This document shows, one piece after another, positions 32,406 through 43,877 of a DNA stretch of 64,000 nt. Below the pieces are notes generated by a model. That model was not told the DNA's origin. It made no database searches and was given only the letters and a program-made list of their open reading frames with translations. The stretch is taken from assembly GCA_963768575.1 (NCBI GenBank), contig CAVYIJ010000001.1, positions 273,214-337,213 of the forward strand. The letters run 5' to 3'. Position numbers and translations under genes: made by a program. Position 1 is the stretch's first letter, and the number at the start of each line of letters is the position of its first letter. The stretch comes from an uncultured Halobacteria archaeon (lineage in GTDB: Bacteria; Pseudomonadota; Gammaproteobacteria; UBA9214).

Positions 32406-32857
32406 TCCATCGGTGGCGCAGCCGGCTGGCGATACTGCTATTCCCGATGCTGCTCGCGGCGCCGGTTTCGGCAGAGGCAGAACTGCGAATCAGTGACGCG
32501 TGGATTCGCGAGGCACCGCCCGGCACATCGGTGCTTGCCGGGTATATGAACATTGCCAATACCGGCACTGTGGAGGTGTCGGTCACCGGCGTTTCCGGAC
32601 CGGATTTCAGCTCGGTTGAGATCCACAGGACTGTCGTAGAGAACGGTATCGCGCGCATGCTGTCTGCCGAACGACTGGCAATACCGGCCGGCGGCACGCT
32701 CGCCCTGGAGCCGGGCAGCTATCACCTGATGCTGTTTAATCCAGGCCGCGCGCTGGTCGCGGGCGACGTGGTCGACCTTCTCCTGCATACCAGTGACGAG
32801 CGGTGCATTGATGTCAGCGTCACGGTCATGCGCAAGACCGGCGACAAACAGCCGTGA
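32402..32857 (+). CDS. Periplasmic copper chaperone PCu(A)C (DUF461)
   Basis: 151 aa with a signal peptide and the PCuAC motif YHLMLF with flanking Met/His. Translationally coupled to the SCO1 gene (ATGA overlap). Confidence 0.8.
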   Translation: MIHRWRSRLAILLFPMLLAAPVSAEAELRISDAWIREAPPGTSVLAGYMNIANTGTVEVSVTGVSGPDFSSVEIHRTVVENGIARMLSAERLAIPAGGTLALEPGSYHLMLFNPGRALVAGDVVDLLLHTSDERCIDVSVTVMRKTGDKQP

Positions 32858-32884
32858 GTGCGGGCTGACCGATCATATATTTGC

Positions 32885-33781
32885 ATGTCCCGGACCGATA
32901 CAAGCCTGCTGGACTACCTGAAGTCCTGGCCACTCGCCCTGCTGCCACACCAGCTGCTATCCAGAATCGTGCGCAGGGCAACACGCTGGCAGGCCGGCTG
33001 GTGGAAAAATTTCCTGATTAACGCCTTTGTACGGTGGTTCGACGTCGACATGACGGAGGCGCAATTTCCGGCTGCCGTTGACTATCCCGACTTCAACAGC
33101 TTCTTTACCCGCGCCCTCAAGGACGATGCCCGTCCGCAACCGGACGATCCCCGGGCGGTTACCAGTCCGGTGGACGGTCACGTCAGCGCCTGCGGGCGCC
33201 TCGACGAGGACCGGATTTTGCAAGCCAAGGGGCATAATTACTCGCTGACGGCCCTGTTGGGCGGAGATAGCCAACGGGCAGCCCCGTTCCTCGATGGTCA
33301 CTTCGCCACCCTGTATCTCTCCCCGCGCGATTATCACCGCATTCACATGCCCTGCTCCGGACAGCTGATGGAAACCGTCTATATACCCGGGCGGCTCTAC
33401 AGCGTGGCCCCGCACACGACCCGTGCCATTGACGGGCTGTTCACCAGGAATGAACGCCTGGTTTCGGTGTTCGAAACCGCAGCGGGACCCATGGCCATGG
33501 TCATGGTTGGCGCCATCTTCGTCTCCTGTATGGAAACGGTCTGGGCAGGGGTCGTTAATCCGCGCATGGGCAAGTCGCTGCAGGCACGTGATTATTCGCT
33601 GCCGGGACAACAGCCCGCCACCCTGCAGCGCGGCAGCGAAATGGGCCGTTTCAACATGGGCTCGACCGTCATCCTGCTGTTTGGCACCGGCCAGGTACAG
33701 TGGTCCGGCACCCTGGGGCCCGAGCAGGCGATCAGCTTCGGCCGGCAAATCGGTCTTCTGCATCCCGGGAACAACGCCTGA
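32885..33781 (+). CDS. psd: Phosphatidylserine decarboxylase proenzyme
   Basis: Psd motifs YLSPRDYHRIHMP and the GSTVI self-cleavage site (LGST) present. Start chosen at MSRTDTSLLDYLK; a GTG start at 32858 is possible. Confidence 0.9.
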   Translation: MSRTDTSLLDYLKSWPLALLPHQLLSRIVRRATRWQAGWWKNFLINAFVRWFDVDMTEAQFPAAVDYPDFNSFFTRALKDDARPQPDDPRAVTSPVDGHVSACGRLDEDRILQAKGHNYSLTALLGGDSQRAAPFLDGHFATLYLSPRDYHRIHMPCSGQLMETVYIPGRLYSVAPHTTRAIDGLFTRNERLVSVFETAAGPMAMVMVGAIFVSCMETVWAGVVNPRMGKSLQARDYSLPGQQPATLQRGSEMGRFNMGSTVILLFGTGQVQWSGTLGPEQAISFGRQIGLLHPGNNA

Positions 33782-33845
33782 CACGTTAACCAAATCAGCC
33801 GCTCCGCGTTAGTTATATTCGAGACAACGAAATAGGAGCAGCAAA

Positions 33846-34343
33846 ATGAATATCCGTAACCTTGTAACACCGGCCTTGATGGCCCTTTGCCTGGGCACAG
33901 CCGGTACGGTCCAGGCAGATCGCGGCTATACCTCGGCGTTCCTGTACAGCAGCGATAACCATCGCCCGTATCACGACCATGACTATGGTTATTACTACAA
34001 GCACCGTGACCGCCGTCATCACGGTCACAAGCACTACGGGAAACATTTGCAGCGTCACCACAAACGGTACCGTCACGACACGCATGCGAGACATGACAGG
34101 CATCAAGATGACCGCCACGGCTCAAAGCGGCGCGATGGAGACAGGCATCACGATGGCCGCCACGGCTCAAAGCGGCGCGATGGAGACAGGCATCACGATG
34201 GCCGCCACGACTCAAAGCGGCACGATGGAGACAGGCATCACAATGACCGCCACGGATCGTATCAAAAGGATGGAGGCAGACATGACGGAAAGCGTCACAT
34301 TAGCCGGTCCCGGATCGGTATCGGTTATACTGGACGCCTGTAA
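33846..34343 (+). CDS. Secreted histidine-rich repeat protein (putative periplasmic metal-binding protein)
   Basis: Strong RBS AGGAG, then a signal peptide MNIRNLVTPALMALCLGTAGTVQA, followed by His/Asp/Arg-rich low complexity. It includes three tandem 15-aa repeats DGRHGSKRRDGDRHH encoded by 45-bp DNA repeats at ~34110-34250. Confidence 0.7.
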   Translation: MNIRNLVTPALMALCLGTAGTVQADRGYTSAFLYSSDNHRPYHDHDYGYYYKHRDRRHHGHKHYGKHLQRHHKRYRHDTHARHDRHQDDRHGSKRRDGDRHHDGRHGSKRRDGDRHHDGRHDSKRHDGDRHHNDRHGSYQKDGGRHDGKRHISRSRIGIGYTGRL

Positions 34344-34410
34344 TCGATTTAATTTGCAGCAGGGGCGGTGCTCGCGTGCCCGCTCCTGCCGCCCGTCAAC
34401 GGACGCAGCC

Positions 34411-35013
34411 TTGCAACCGGACCACAGTAACAACCAGGCGCTGGAAAAATTCTTTGTCGAGCACGAGGAAAAAGCGTTTTATGTGGCCTATGCTGCACTC
34501 TGGGACCGCGAGGCGGCCATGGATGCGGTACAGGACGGCATGGTGCGAATGGTCGAGTACTACCGCGACAAGCCCGCCAAGGAATGGCCTGCCCTGTTCC
34601 GCACCGTACTGAACAGCAAAATCAATGACATCAGGCGGCGGCGCATGATCGAGCAGGGAAAGTACAAGCTGGTTTCGTTGACCGGTTTGTTCAGGCAAAA
34701 AGGGGATGAAGACCGTGACACAATCGAATACGAACTGCCTGATGCGGAACGTACGGACGGGATCACTGCCCCCGAGGTGCAATATGTGGCAGAGGAAATC
34801 AGGGGAAAGGTGGCTGCCGCCATGCTTGCGCTCCCTGAACGGCAACGACAGGTCTTCGTACTGAGGGAATGGCGCGGGCTGAGCATCAAGGAAACCGCCC
34901 AGACGCTGGGATGTTCTGAAAACAGCATCAAGCAACATCATTTCAGGGCCATGAGGGGACTGCGAAAACAACTTGCAGAGGTATGGGATTATGCACAACC
35001 AACAACATCCTGA
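34411..35013 (+). CDS. ECF-family RNA polymerase sigma factor (sigma-70 region 2 and 4)
   Basis: Region-2-like FYVAYAALWDREAAMDAVQDGMVRMVEYY and region-4-like LPERQRQVFVLREWRGLSIKETAQTLGCSENSIKQHHFRAMRGLRK. A TTG start at 34411 gives ~200 aa; an alternative ATG at 34281 would overlap the His-rich gene. Confidence 0.75.
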   Translation: MQPDHSNNQALEKFFVEHEEKAFYVAYAALWDREAAMDAVQDGMVRMVEYYRDKPAKEWPALFRTVLNSKINDIRRRRMIEQGKYKLVSLTGLFRQKGDEDRDTIEYELPDAERTDGITAPEVQYVAEEIRGKVAAAMLALPERQRQVFVLREWRGLSIKETAQTLGCSENSIKQHHFRAMRGLRKQLAEVWDYAQPTTS

Positions 35014-35446
35014 TACGGAACTGCTGGACCAGCTGCGCGCCGGCCTGCTGGACGAGCAGCCCGAACAGAAATCCGCAATCGAGCAACACCTTGCCGTCTG
35101 CGATGCCTGTCGTACACGCACGGAAATCTGGAAACAGCTGGAACCGGAAAGCCTCGGTCCACGGGTTGATGCCGGCAAGGTCAGAACCTCCCTGCAGGCG
35201 GCACGTCGACACGCCCTGGCGAGCGAATCCCGGGGCCGCCAGCGAGTACTGGTGCCGGTAGCGACAGCGGCACTACTGGTGCTGGCCGTTACTGTCGGAA
35301 TCTGGACAACGCAGTCAGACATTGATACAACAAATACCATGGCAGATGCCGGACAGGCAGTGCCCGACATTTACGAGGATCTTGATTTCTACCTGTGGCT
35401 GGCCAACCAGAACGAGGCAGACGAGACTAACCCCAACAGCACGTGA
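34991..35446 (+). CDS. ZAS-type (zinc-binding) anti-sigma factor with one TM helix
   Basis: HX3CX2C motif (HLAVCDACR) near the N-terminus; TM segment VLVPVATAALLVLAVTVGIW; overlaps the sigma-factor stop by 23 nt (typical sigma/anti-sigma coupling). Confidence 0.7.
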   Translation: MHNQQHPDTELLDQLRAGLLDEQPEQKSAIEQHLAVCDACRTRTEIWKQLEPESLGPRVDAGKVRTSLQAARRHALASESRGRQRVLVPVATAALLVLAVTVGIWTTQSDIDTTNTMADAGQAVPDIYEDLDFYLWLANQNEADETNPNST

Positions 35447-35447
35447 T

Positions 35448-35765
35448 ATGAAATATCGGCATACAATTCCCGGCATCTTCCTGTGTTGCCTGCTCGGCAC
35501 CCTGTCGATGCCTGCACTGGCGGAAAATACTATCCCGTGGCAAAGCCTTAGCGACAACGAGCAGCAAGTTCTGCAAAAACACCGGCGCGAGTGGCCCACG
35601 CTTGACTACGGTCAACAATCCCGCCTCAGGCAAGGTGCGCGCAAATACCTGAGCCTGCCGCCCGAGAAGCGCCAGGCTGTCGAACGCAAACGCGACCAGT
35701 ACAGAAAAATGTCGCCCGAGGAACGCAAGCGGCTGCGCAAGCAATACATCCGCCAGAAGAAATAA
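35448..35765 (+). CDS. Secreted DUF3106-like basic coiled-coil protein
   Basis: Signal peptide MKYRHTIPGIFLCCLLGTLSMPALA then W/Q/R-rich repeats (WQSLSDNEQQVL..REWPTL..QQSRLRQ..). Starts 1 nt after the anti-sigma stop. Confidence 0.6.
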   Translation: MKYRHTIPGIFLCCLLGTLSMPALAENTIPWQSLSDNEQQVLQKHRREWPTLDYGQQSRLRQGARKYLSLPPEKRQAVERKRDQYRKMSPEERKRLRKQYIRQKK

Positions 35766-35870
35766 CCACCCGGCAGTTGCGCCCGGTGCACGACACGGAT
35801 ACCGGCTGCCGACCAACTCTGTTATGCTTTGCAGCCTTTATCTGACCGCCAGCTACCCGGATCCAACGCT

Positions 35871-36668
35871 ATGCATCCCATGTTGAATATTGCCGTACGT
35901 GCTGCCCGTACGGCCGGCAACGTCATCACCCGGAGCATGGCACGGCTTGACAGCATTTCGATAGAAGCGAAGGACCGCAATGATTTCGTTACGGAAGTCG
36001 ACCGGGAGGCGGAGAATGCGATCATCGGCATTTTACGCAAGGCATATCCTCGCCATGGCATTCTTGCTGAAGAGAGCGGACAGAGTGATGGCGACGATTA
36101 CCAGTGGATTATAGATCCACTGGACGGTACGACGAATTTCCTGCATGGCTTCCCGCAGTTCGCTGTATCGATCGCACTGCGCCACAAGGGTCGCCTGGAA
36201 CAGGCTGTTGTCTATGATCCGCTTTCCCAGGAACTTTTCACCGCTACCCGCGGAGATGGCGCCTACCTGAACGATCGACGCATTCGCGTCAGCAACCGCA
36301 AAGGCCTCGAAGGCGCGTTGCTGGGCACCGGTTTTCCATTCAAGGCCCAGCATCATCTGGAAACCTACCTGGATATGTTCCGCGCCCTGTTCCCGCAATC
36401 CGCCGGTATCAGGCGCGCGGGTTCCGCCGCCCTGGATCTTGCCTTCGTGGCGGCCGGACGGCTGGATGGATTCTGGGAGATCGGCCTGAGCACCTGGGAC
36501 ATGGCCGCGGGGGTCCTGCTTATCCAGGAAGCCGGTGGACTATCCAGCGACTTCAGCGGCGGCCACAAGCTTTCTTGAAAGTGGCAACCTGGTTGCCGGA
36601 AACCCGAAGGTCTTTGCTGAAATACTCAAAGCCATTCATCCCCACGTTACACCGCAACTCGCTGACTA
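35871..36668 (+). CDS. suhB: Inositol-1-monophosphatase SuhB, interrupted by a 1-nt frameshift near 36571-36575
   Basis: [17 protein letters not shown]... is nearly identical to the E. coli SuhB N-terminus. The frame ends ...DFSGGHKLS*, whereas the +1 frame continues [24 protein letters not shown] (SuhB C-terminus, GNIVAGNP in E. coli). A T-run sits at the junction. Confidence 0.88.
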
Positions 36669-36768
36669 GCCCCCGTTTTTACATCGGCGCCGCGGCTGCG
36701 TTCGGCGTCCTCTTCCTGTTCAAGGTATATAACCTCGTGTCGATACCATATCTGAAGCCCGCATCATT

Positions 36769-37017
36769 ATGGGGAGTGTCCGACACATGCAAAACAGAGC
36801 CAGTCAGCGTATTAACGGGGCCGCGCTGGAAATGATCATGCAGGACGTGCTTCACGGCATGCATGAATTTACCAGCGAAGTGTGCAGTGGCAGTGAAACC
36901 GCAACCATGGAAATAATTGCCGTGGAGAAAGCGGATCACAGCCAACCCGACACGGCATGCATCATCTCCTTTCCTGCCCCGGGCGGGAAAGGCTCCGGAC
37001 CCGACAGCCGGGGTTGA
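36769..37017 (+). CDS. Small hypothetical protein (82 aa) between suhB and secF
   Basis: ORF with coding-like GC3 (MGSVRHMQNRASQRINGAALEMIMQDVLHGMHEF...). A small hypothetical occupies this position in Pseudomonas. No domain recognised; a competing antisense ORF exists. Confidence 0.25.
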   Translation: MGSVRHMQNRASQRINGAALEMIMQDVLHGMHEFTSEVCSGSETATMEIIAVEKADHSQPDTACIISFPAPGGKGSGPDSRG

Positions 37018-37019
37018 AT

Positions 37020-37952
37020 TCAGACCTTCCCGGCCGCGTCATCCTGAAGCGGTGCCGGCATCAGGTCAGCCTTGCTGACGCCCAGCGCCAGTGCCGCTGT
37101 GCTGGCCACGAAAATCGAAGAGTAAGTACCTACCAATACCCCCACGATCAGTGCCAGCGAGAAGGCATGGATTACCTCGCCGCCAAACACGAACAGCGAG
37201 ACCAGCACCAGCAAGGTGGTGATTGACGTCATCAAGGTACGGGCAAGCGTCTGGTTGATAGAGAGATTCATGATGGCATACGCGGTACTCTTGCGCACTT
37301 TGCGGAAATTCTCGCGAATCCTGTCAAACACCACGATCGTATCGTTCAGCGAGTAACCGATCACGGCCAGCAAGGCAGCCAGCACGGTCAGATCGAAATT
37401 CAGCTGCAGGATCGAGAAGAAACCCATGGTAATGATGACATCGTGAACCAGTGCAAGTACCGCACCCGGCGCGAAGCGCCACTGGAAACGGACTACAATA
37501 TAGATGAGGATGCCAATCAGTGCGTAAATCATCGCGAGGCCGCCCTGCTCCGTCAGTTCTTCCCCCACCTGTGGTCCGACAAATTCAACGCGACGCATAT
37601 CAATACCGGCATCCTGTTGCGTCAAAGCCGCGAGCACCTCCTCGCTGAGTTGTGCGCTTTCCTTGCCTGCACGGGGCGCGATCCTTATCAACACATCGCT
37701 GGAAGTACCGAAGTGCTGTGCCTGTGCCTCTGCATAACCCGATGCGGCGAGCGCATCTCGCACACTGGCGAGCTCGACCGCTTGCGGATAACCGACCTCG
37801 ATCAGGGTGCCACCGGTGAAGTCAATTCCGAAATTGAGTCCGCGCATGACGATGGATGTGATCGAGACAATGATCAGGATCGTCGACAGGACGAGGGCAA
37901 AACGCCGCTTCCCCATAAAATCTATTGCCAGCTTGCCTTTGAATATTTGCAT
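37020..37952 (-). CDS. secF: Protein translocase subunit SecF
   Basis: 310-aa ORF MQIFKGKLAIDFMGKRRFALVLS... with 6 TM helices; SecF signature. Confidence 0.95.
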   Translation of the reverse strand: MQIFKGKLAIDFMGKRRFALVLSTILIIVSITSIVMRGLNFGIDFTGGTLIEVGYPQAVELASVRDALAASGYAEAQAQHFGTSSDVLIRIAPRAGKESAQLSEEVLAALTQQDAGIDMRRVEFVGPQVGEELTEQGGLAMIYALIGILIYIVVRFQWRFAPGAVLALVHDVIITMGFFSILQLNFDLTVLAALLAVIGYSLNDTIVVFDRIRENFRKVRKSTAYAIMNLSINQTLARTLMTSITTLLVLVSLFVFGGEVIHAFSLALIVGVLVGTYSSIFVASTAALALGVSKADLMPAPLQDDAAGKV

Positions 37953-37971
37953 GGTTCGGTTCCTTCGTCCG

Positions 37972-39828
37972 TCAGATCATCAGTCGCTTGACGCGCTTGC
38001 GTCCACCGTAAATCAGATTCACGATGGCGCGTGTCCCGAAGATCGCGGTAAACATGGATGTCAAAATACCGATCGACAGGGTCACTGCAAAACCCTTGAT
38101 AGGGCCGGTACCAAAACTGAGCAACACAACTGCCGCAATCAGCGTCGTTATATTGGCATCTGCAATGGTGGAAAATGCTTTCTCGTAACCGGAATGAATA
38201 CTGGCCTGCGGACTGTTGCCGTTACGGATTTCTTCACGGATACGCTCGAAAATCAGGACATTGGCGTCCACCGCCATACCGACAGTCAGCACGATACCGG
38301 CAATACCCGGCATGGTAAGGGTCGCCTGCAACATTGACAGGATGGCTATGATCAACACCAGATTAAGCGCCAGCGCCAGGTTGGCCACCAGGCCGAAAGC
38401 CCGATAATACAGGGCCATGAACACCAGCACGGCACAAAAGCCGATCATCACCGAATTGAATCCCTGGCGGATATTGTCCTTGCCGAGGCTCGGCCCTACA
38501 GTCCGCTCCTCGACAATTTCGATAGGCGCGGCCAGCGCGCCCGAGCGCAGGATCAGTGCCAGTTCCTGCGCTTCGCCCGGGCTGTCCAGCCCGGTGGTCT
38601 GAAAACGGCTGCTGAATACATCACGGATGGTCGCAACGCTGACGACTTCTTCGACCTTTACCTGCTGATTGACCGGTTTGCCGTCAACCATCCGGGTCTG
38701 GGTGCGGTTCTCGATAAACACCACGGCCATCGGCTTGCCTACATTCGCCTTGGTGAATTTGAGCATCGACCGCGCGCCTTTAGGGTCCAGGCTGACTGAC
38801 ACCATCGGTGAACCCGACTGGGAGTCGAAGCCCGAGCGCGCATTGATGATCTGGTTGCCGGTCGCAATGACGGATTTCTTGAGCAAGACATGTCCGCCAT
38901 TGCGCTGACGATATAACCGGGAGCCGGCCGGCACACTACCTGCAATAGCCCGCTCCAGGTCATGCTCGATGTCCACGGCGCGATACTCCAGCGTCGCCGT
39001 TGCGCCCAGTATTCGCTTGGCCTGGCCGGGGTCCTGTACGCCCGGCAGCTGGACAACGATGCGGTTCAGACCCTGCTGCTGAATAACCGGCTCGGCCACA
39101 CCCAGTTCGTTGACGCGATTTCGCAGAGTGAGAATGTTTTGCTGCAACGCAAATTGTTGTAACTCACGCGTTTCCTGCTCGCTGGGACGAACCAGCAGCC
39201 CGGGCTTGCCGGAAGTTTCTGCATCCTCCGTGACAAGCGTCGGGTAATTCCTGCGCAGTATCGAAACTGCCTTGTCGAGGTCCTCCGTAGCGCGGAAAAC
39301 GATCCGTACACTTTTCTGTTCAGCACGAATCATCGCGTAGCGAATTTTCTCGTCGCGCAACAAAGTGCGGATTTCATTGCTATAGCGTTCAATCGCCTGT
39401 TTCCCGGCCGCTTGCATATCCACTTCCATCAGGAAATGCACGCCCCCGCGCAGGTCCAGCCCGAGGTACATCGGCAAGGCGTTGAACGATCTCAGCCAGT
39501 CGGGTGTTGCCGGCGCCAGGTTGAACGCCACGACATAATTCACGCCCAGCGCAACCTTGATGTAATCAGCCGCCTTCAACTGGGTTTCGGTATCGGCAAA
39601 ACGGACCAGTATCCTGCTATCGTCACTTTCGATGCTCTTGACCCCGATACTCGCCTCGCCCAGCGCGCGTGTGATTGTCTCGGTAGTCGAGCTGTCAACC
39701 ACGGCCTGCCGGATGCCGGAAATCTGCAGCGCAGGATCTTCGCCATACAGGTTCGGCAACGCGTAAATGGCGCCGATGGCGACCACGAAAACCAACAGGA
39801 TGTATCTCCAGACTGCGTATCGGTTCAT
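37972..39828 (-). CDS. secD: Protein translocase subunit SecD
   Basis: 618-aa ORF with a large periplasmic domain and a C-terminal 6-TM bundle; secD-secF operon. Confidence 0.95.
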   Translation of the reverse strand: MNRYAVWRYILLVFVVAIGAIYALPNLYGEDPALQISGIRQAVVDSSTTETITRALGEASIGVKSIESDDSRILVRFADTETQLKAADYIKVALGVNYVVAFNLAPATPDWLRSFNALPMYLGLDLRGGVHFLMEVDMQAAGKQAIERYSNEIRTLLRDEKIRYAMIRAEQKSVRIVFRATEDLDKAVSILRRNYPTLVTEDAETSGKPGLLVRPSEQETRELQQFALQQNILTLRNRVNELGVAEPVIQQQGLNRIVVQLPGVQDPGQAKRILGATATLEYRAVDIEHDLERAIAGSVPAGSRLYRQRNGGHVLLKKSVIATGNQIINARSGFDSQSGSPMVSVSLDPKGARSMLKFTKANVGKPMAVVFIENRTQTRMVDGKPVNQQVKVEEVVSVATIRDVFSSRFQTTGLDSPGEAQELALILRSGALAAPIEIVEERTVGPSLGKDNIRQGFNSVMIGFCAVLVFMALYYRAFGLVANLALALNLVLIIAILSMLQATLTMPGIAGIVLTVGMAVDANVLIFERIREEIRNGNSPQASIHSGYEKAFSTIADANITTLIAAVVLLSFGTGPIKGFAVTLSIGILTSMFTAIFGTRAIVNLIYGGRKRVKRLMI

Positions 39829-39851
39829 TACTGGTTTATCCTTGACGGGGG

Positions 39852-40178
39852 CTACAGCCCCTTGATCGTACCTTTCGGCATAAGACTGGCGATAGCCTGT
39901 CGTTGTATCTTGACGCTCACGTTCTCGGCAATGTCGAGCTCGATGAAGTTGTCTCCCACTTTGCTTATCTTGCCCAGCATGCCGCCGTTGGTTACCACCT
40001 CGTCGCCCTTGGCCAGTGCCGCCACCATTTCGCGGTGTTCCTTCGCCTTTTTGCTCTGCGGCCGAATCAGCAGGAAATAGAACACGACAAAAATAACGAT
40101 AAGGGGCAAAAAACTCATCAGCGGATCACCCGCTGACTGCGGTGCTGCGGCCATAGCATCCGATATAAAGAAATCCAT
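39852..40178 (-). CDS. yajC: Preprotein translocase subunit YajC
   Basis: Start MDFFISDAMAAAPQ...PLIVIFVVFYFLLIRPQSKKAKEH matches YajC. The track ORF extends 21 codons upstream without support. Confidence 0.85.
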   Translation of the reverse strand: MDFFISDAMAAAPQSAGDPLMSFLPLIVIFVVFYFLLIRPQSKKAKEHREMVAALAKGDEVVTNGGMLGKISKVGDNFIELDIAENVSVKIQRQAIASLMPKGTIKGL

Positions 40179-40250
40179 AATTATTACCTCGATTACGCCT
40201 GCAATATACCTGCCGAGCCCCGCAGACCGGCGACAGCTCAAAGCGCGGTA

Positions 40251-42406
<2,156 letters not shown>

Positions 42407-42483
42407 AGCGACGGGATGTTAGCACAGCCGCGGCGTGTTCCGGCTTGCCCGCAGGGCCAACGGTCATTATCATGCTCGACTCG

Positions 42484-42570
42484 ACTGCCGAGGTGGTGAA
42501 ACTGGTAGACGCACTGGATTCAAAATCCAGCGGGGGCAACTCCATGCGGGTTCGATTCCCGCCCTCGGCA
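42484..42570 (+). tRNA. tRNA-Leu (anticodon CAA)
   Basis: 87 nt GCCGAGGTGGTGAAACTGGTAGACGCACTGGATTCAAAATCCAG...GGTTCGATTCCCGCCCTCGGCACCA with long variable arm; anticodon loop TTCAAAA. Confidence 0.88.
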
Positions 42571-42648
42571 CCATTCAGACGCAATTGCGGCACCGTGTAA
42601 AACAATTAACGGGCAGCCGCGCAGCATCGTTTATTGTTTCTCCAGGGA

Positions 42649-43137
42649 TTAACGGACAGCCGGTATAAACCAGGCAAACACCAGCACAGCCAGCGCCAGG
42701 GTCAACACCAGCATACCCAGTCTGTGTGGCCTTTTTTTCACGGGGCTGTTCGATTCATCCGCCCCGAAGGCAAAATGGGCAAGCGGCAAAATACTGTCTT
42801 CTACACGTCGTTCACTGCCTGAACGTCTGTCTGCATCCCGATTGCTGTCCTCGTCCGCAACTGTGTCACGACGGCCCTGCTTGCGTTCATCCGCCTGCAT
42901 TCGCGAGACGATCAGTTTCTGGTAGTCCCCCCAGCTCGACAGGCGCCAGATTTCCTCGGGCAGCAGGCTGGTCAGCGACTCCGCAGCCTGCCATGAAGAC
43001 TGGTCTTCACTGAGCTCGTCATTCAGCTTGATGCGCCCCAGTAGTATATAGCGACTGATAACAGCTGCCGGGAACGGTCCCCGAATAATGCCCTCCCGGC
43101 GTGTGTACCACAGTCTCTCGGTCTTTTCCTGTTCCAT
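42649..43137 (-). CDS. Hypothetical protein with N-terminal GYF-like (DUF4339-type) domain and C-terminal TM helix
   Basis: 162-aa ORF WYTRREGIIRGPFPAAVISRYILLGRIKLNDELSEDQSSWQ... plus a hydrophobic C-terminus LGMLVLTLALAVLVFAWFIPAV. Confidence 0.5.
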   Translation of the reverse strand: MEQEKTERLWYTRREGIIRGPFPAAVISRYILLGRIKLNDELSEDQSSWQAAESLTSLLPEEIWRLSSWGDYQKLIVSRMQADERKQGRRDTVADEDSNRDADRRSGSERRVEDSILPLAHFAFGADESNSPVKKRPHRLGMLVLTLALAVLVFAWFIPAVR

Positions 43138-43148
43138 CGGGCCGGATA

Positions 43149-43877
43149 TCAGTCAATCAGCCATTCGCCCATGCGTGCACGTAGCCGGATCAGTGCCTGC
43201 CCGTGTATCTGGCAAACCCGGGACTCGCTCACACCGAGTATTTCCCCGATTTCACGCAAATTGAGTTCCTCGTCATAGTAGAGAGCCATAACCAGGCGTT
43301 CGCGTTCCGGCAGACCCTTGATTTCATCAGCCAGGCCCTGCTTGAAATCACTCTTCTGCAAGGTCTCGAGCGGTTGGTTGGGTTGGCGATTGGCGGGTGG
43401 ATAGCCTTCGACAGAAAGCGTGCCGGGGTCCTCGAAACTGAAAATGCGGCAGCCGGTCGAGTCCTGCAGTATCTTGTGGTATTCCTCGAGCCCCAGTCCC
43501 ATCTCCTTTGCCACCTCGACATCACGTGCGTCACGACCGACCTCGTTTTCAATCTTGCGCACTGCCTCGGCTACTTCACGCGCCTTGCGATGAACAGACC
43601 TGGGAGTCCAGTCGGTTCTGCGAATTTCATCCAGCATTGCACCTCTAATTCTTATGCCTGCATAAGTTTCGAAACTGGCCCCCTGCTCCGGGTCAAACTT
43701 TCTGGATGCCTCGATCAGGCCAATCATGCCGGCCTGAATGAGATCGTCCGCCTGTACGCTGGCTGGCAATCGACTCATCAAGTGATAGGCAATTCGCTTT
43801 ACCAGGGGTTCATGCTGTACCACAAGCTCGTTGCTGGTAGCGAATTCAGCGCCCGATTTCACCGCATTGGATTTCAT
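43149..43877 (-). CDS. fliA: Flagellar RNA polymerase sigma-28 factor FliA
   Basis: 242-aa ORF with sigma-70 region 2 (LIQAGMIGLIEASRKFDPEQGASFETYA), region 3 and region 4 (LNLREIGEILGVSESRVCQIHGQAL). Confidence 0.93.
   Translation of the reverse strand: MKSNAVKSGAEFATSNELVVQHEPLVKRIAYHLMSRLPASVQADDLIQAGMIGLIEASRKFDPEQGASFETYAGIRIRGAMLDEIRRTDWTPRSVHRKAREVAEAVRKIENEVGRDARDVEVAKEMGLGLEEYHKILQDSTGCRIFSFEDPGTLSVEGYPPANRQPNQPLETLQKSDFKQGLADEIKGLPERERLVMALYYDEELNLREIGEILGVSESRVCQIHGQALIRLRARMGEWLID

Noticed and set aside
33979-35013. 344-aa ORF spanning the His-rich gene and the ECF sigma gene
   Set aside because: Its N-terminal two thirds is an alternative reading frame through the 45-bp repeats of the His-rich gene (TAQSGAMETGITMAA repeats). 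Only the C-terminal ~200 aa (from the TTG at 34411) looks like a sigma factor. Treated as two genes.
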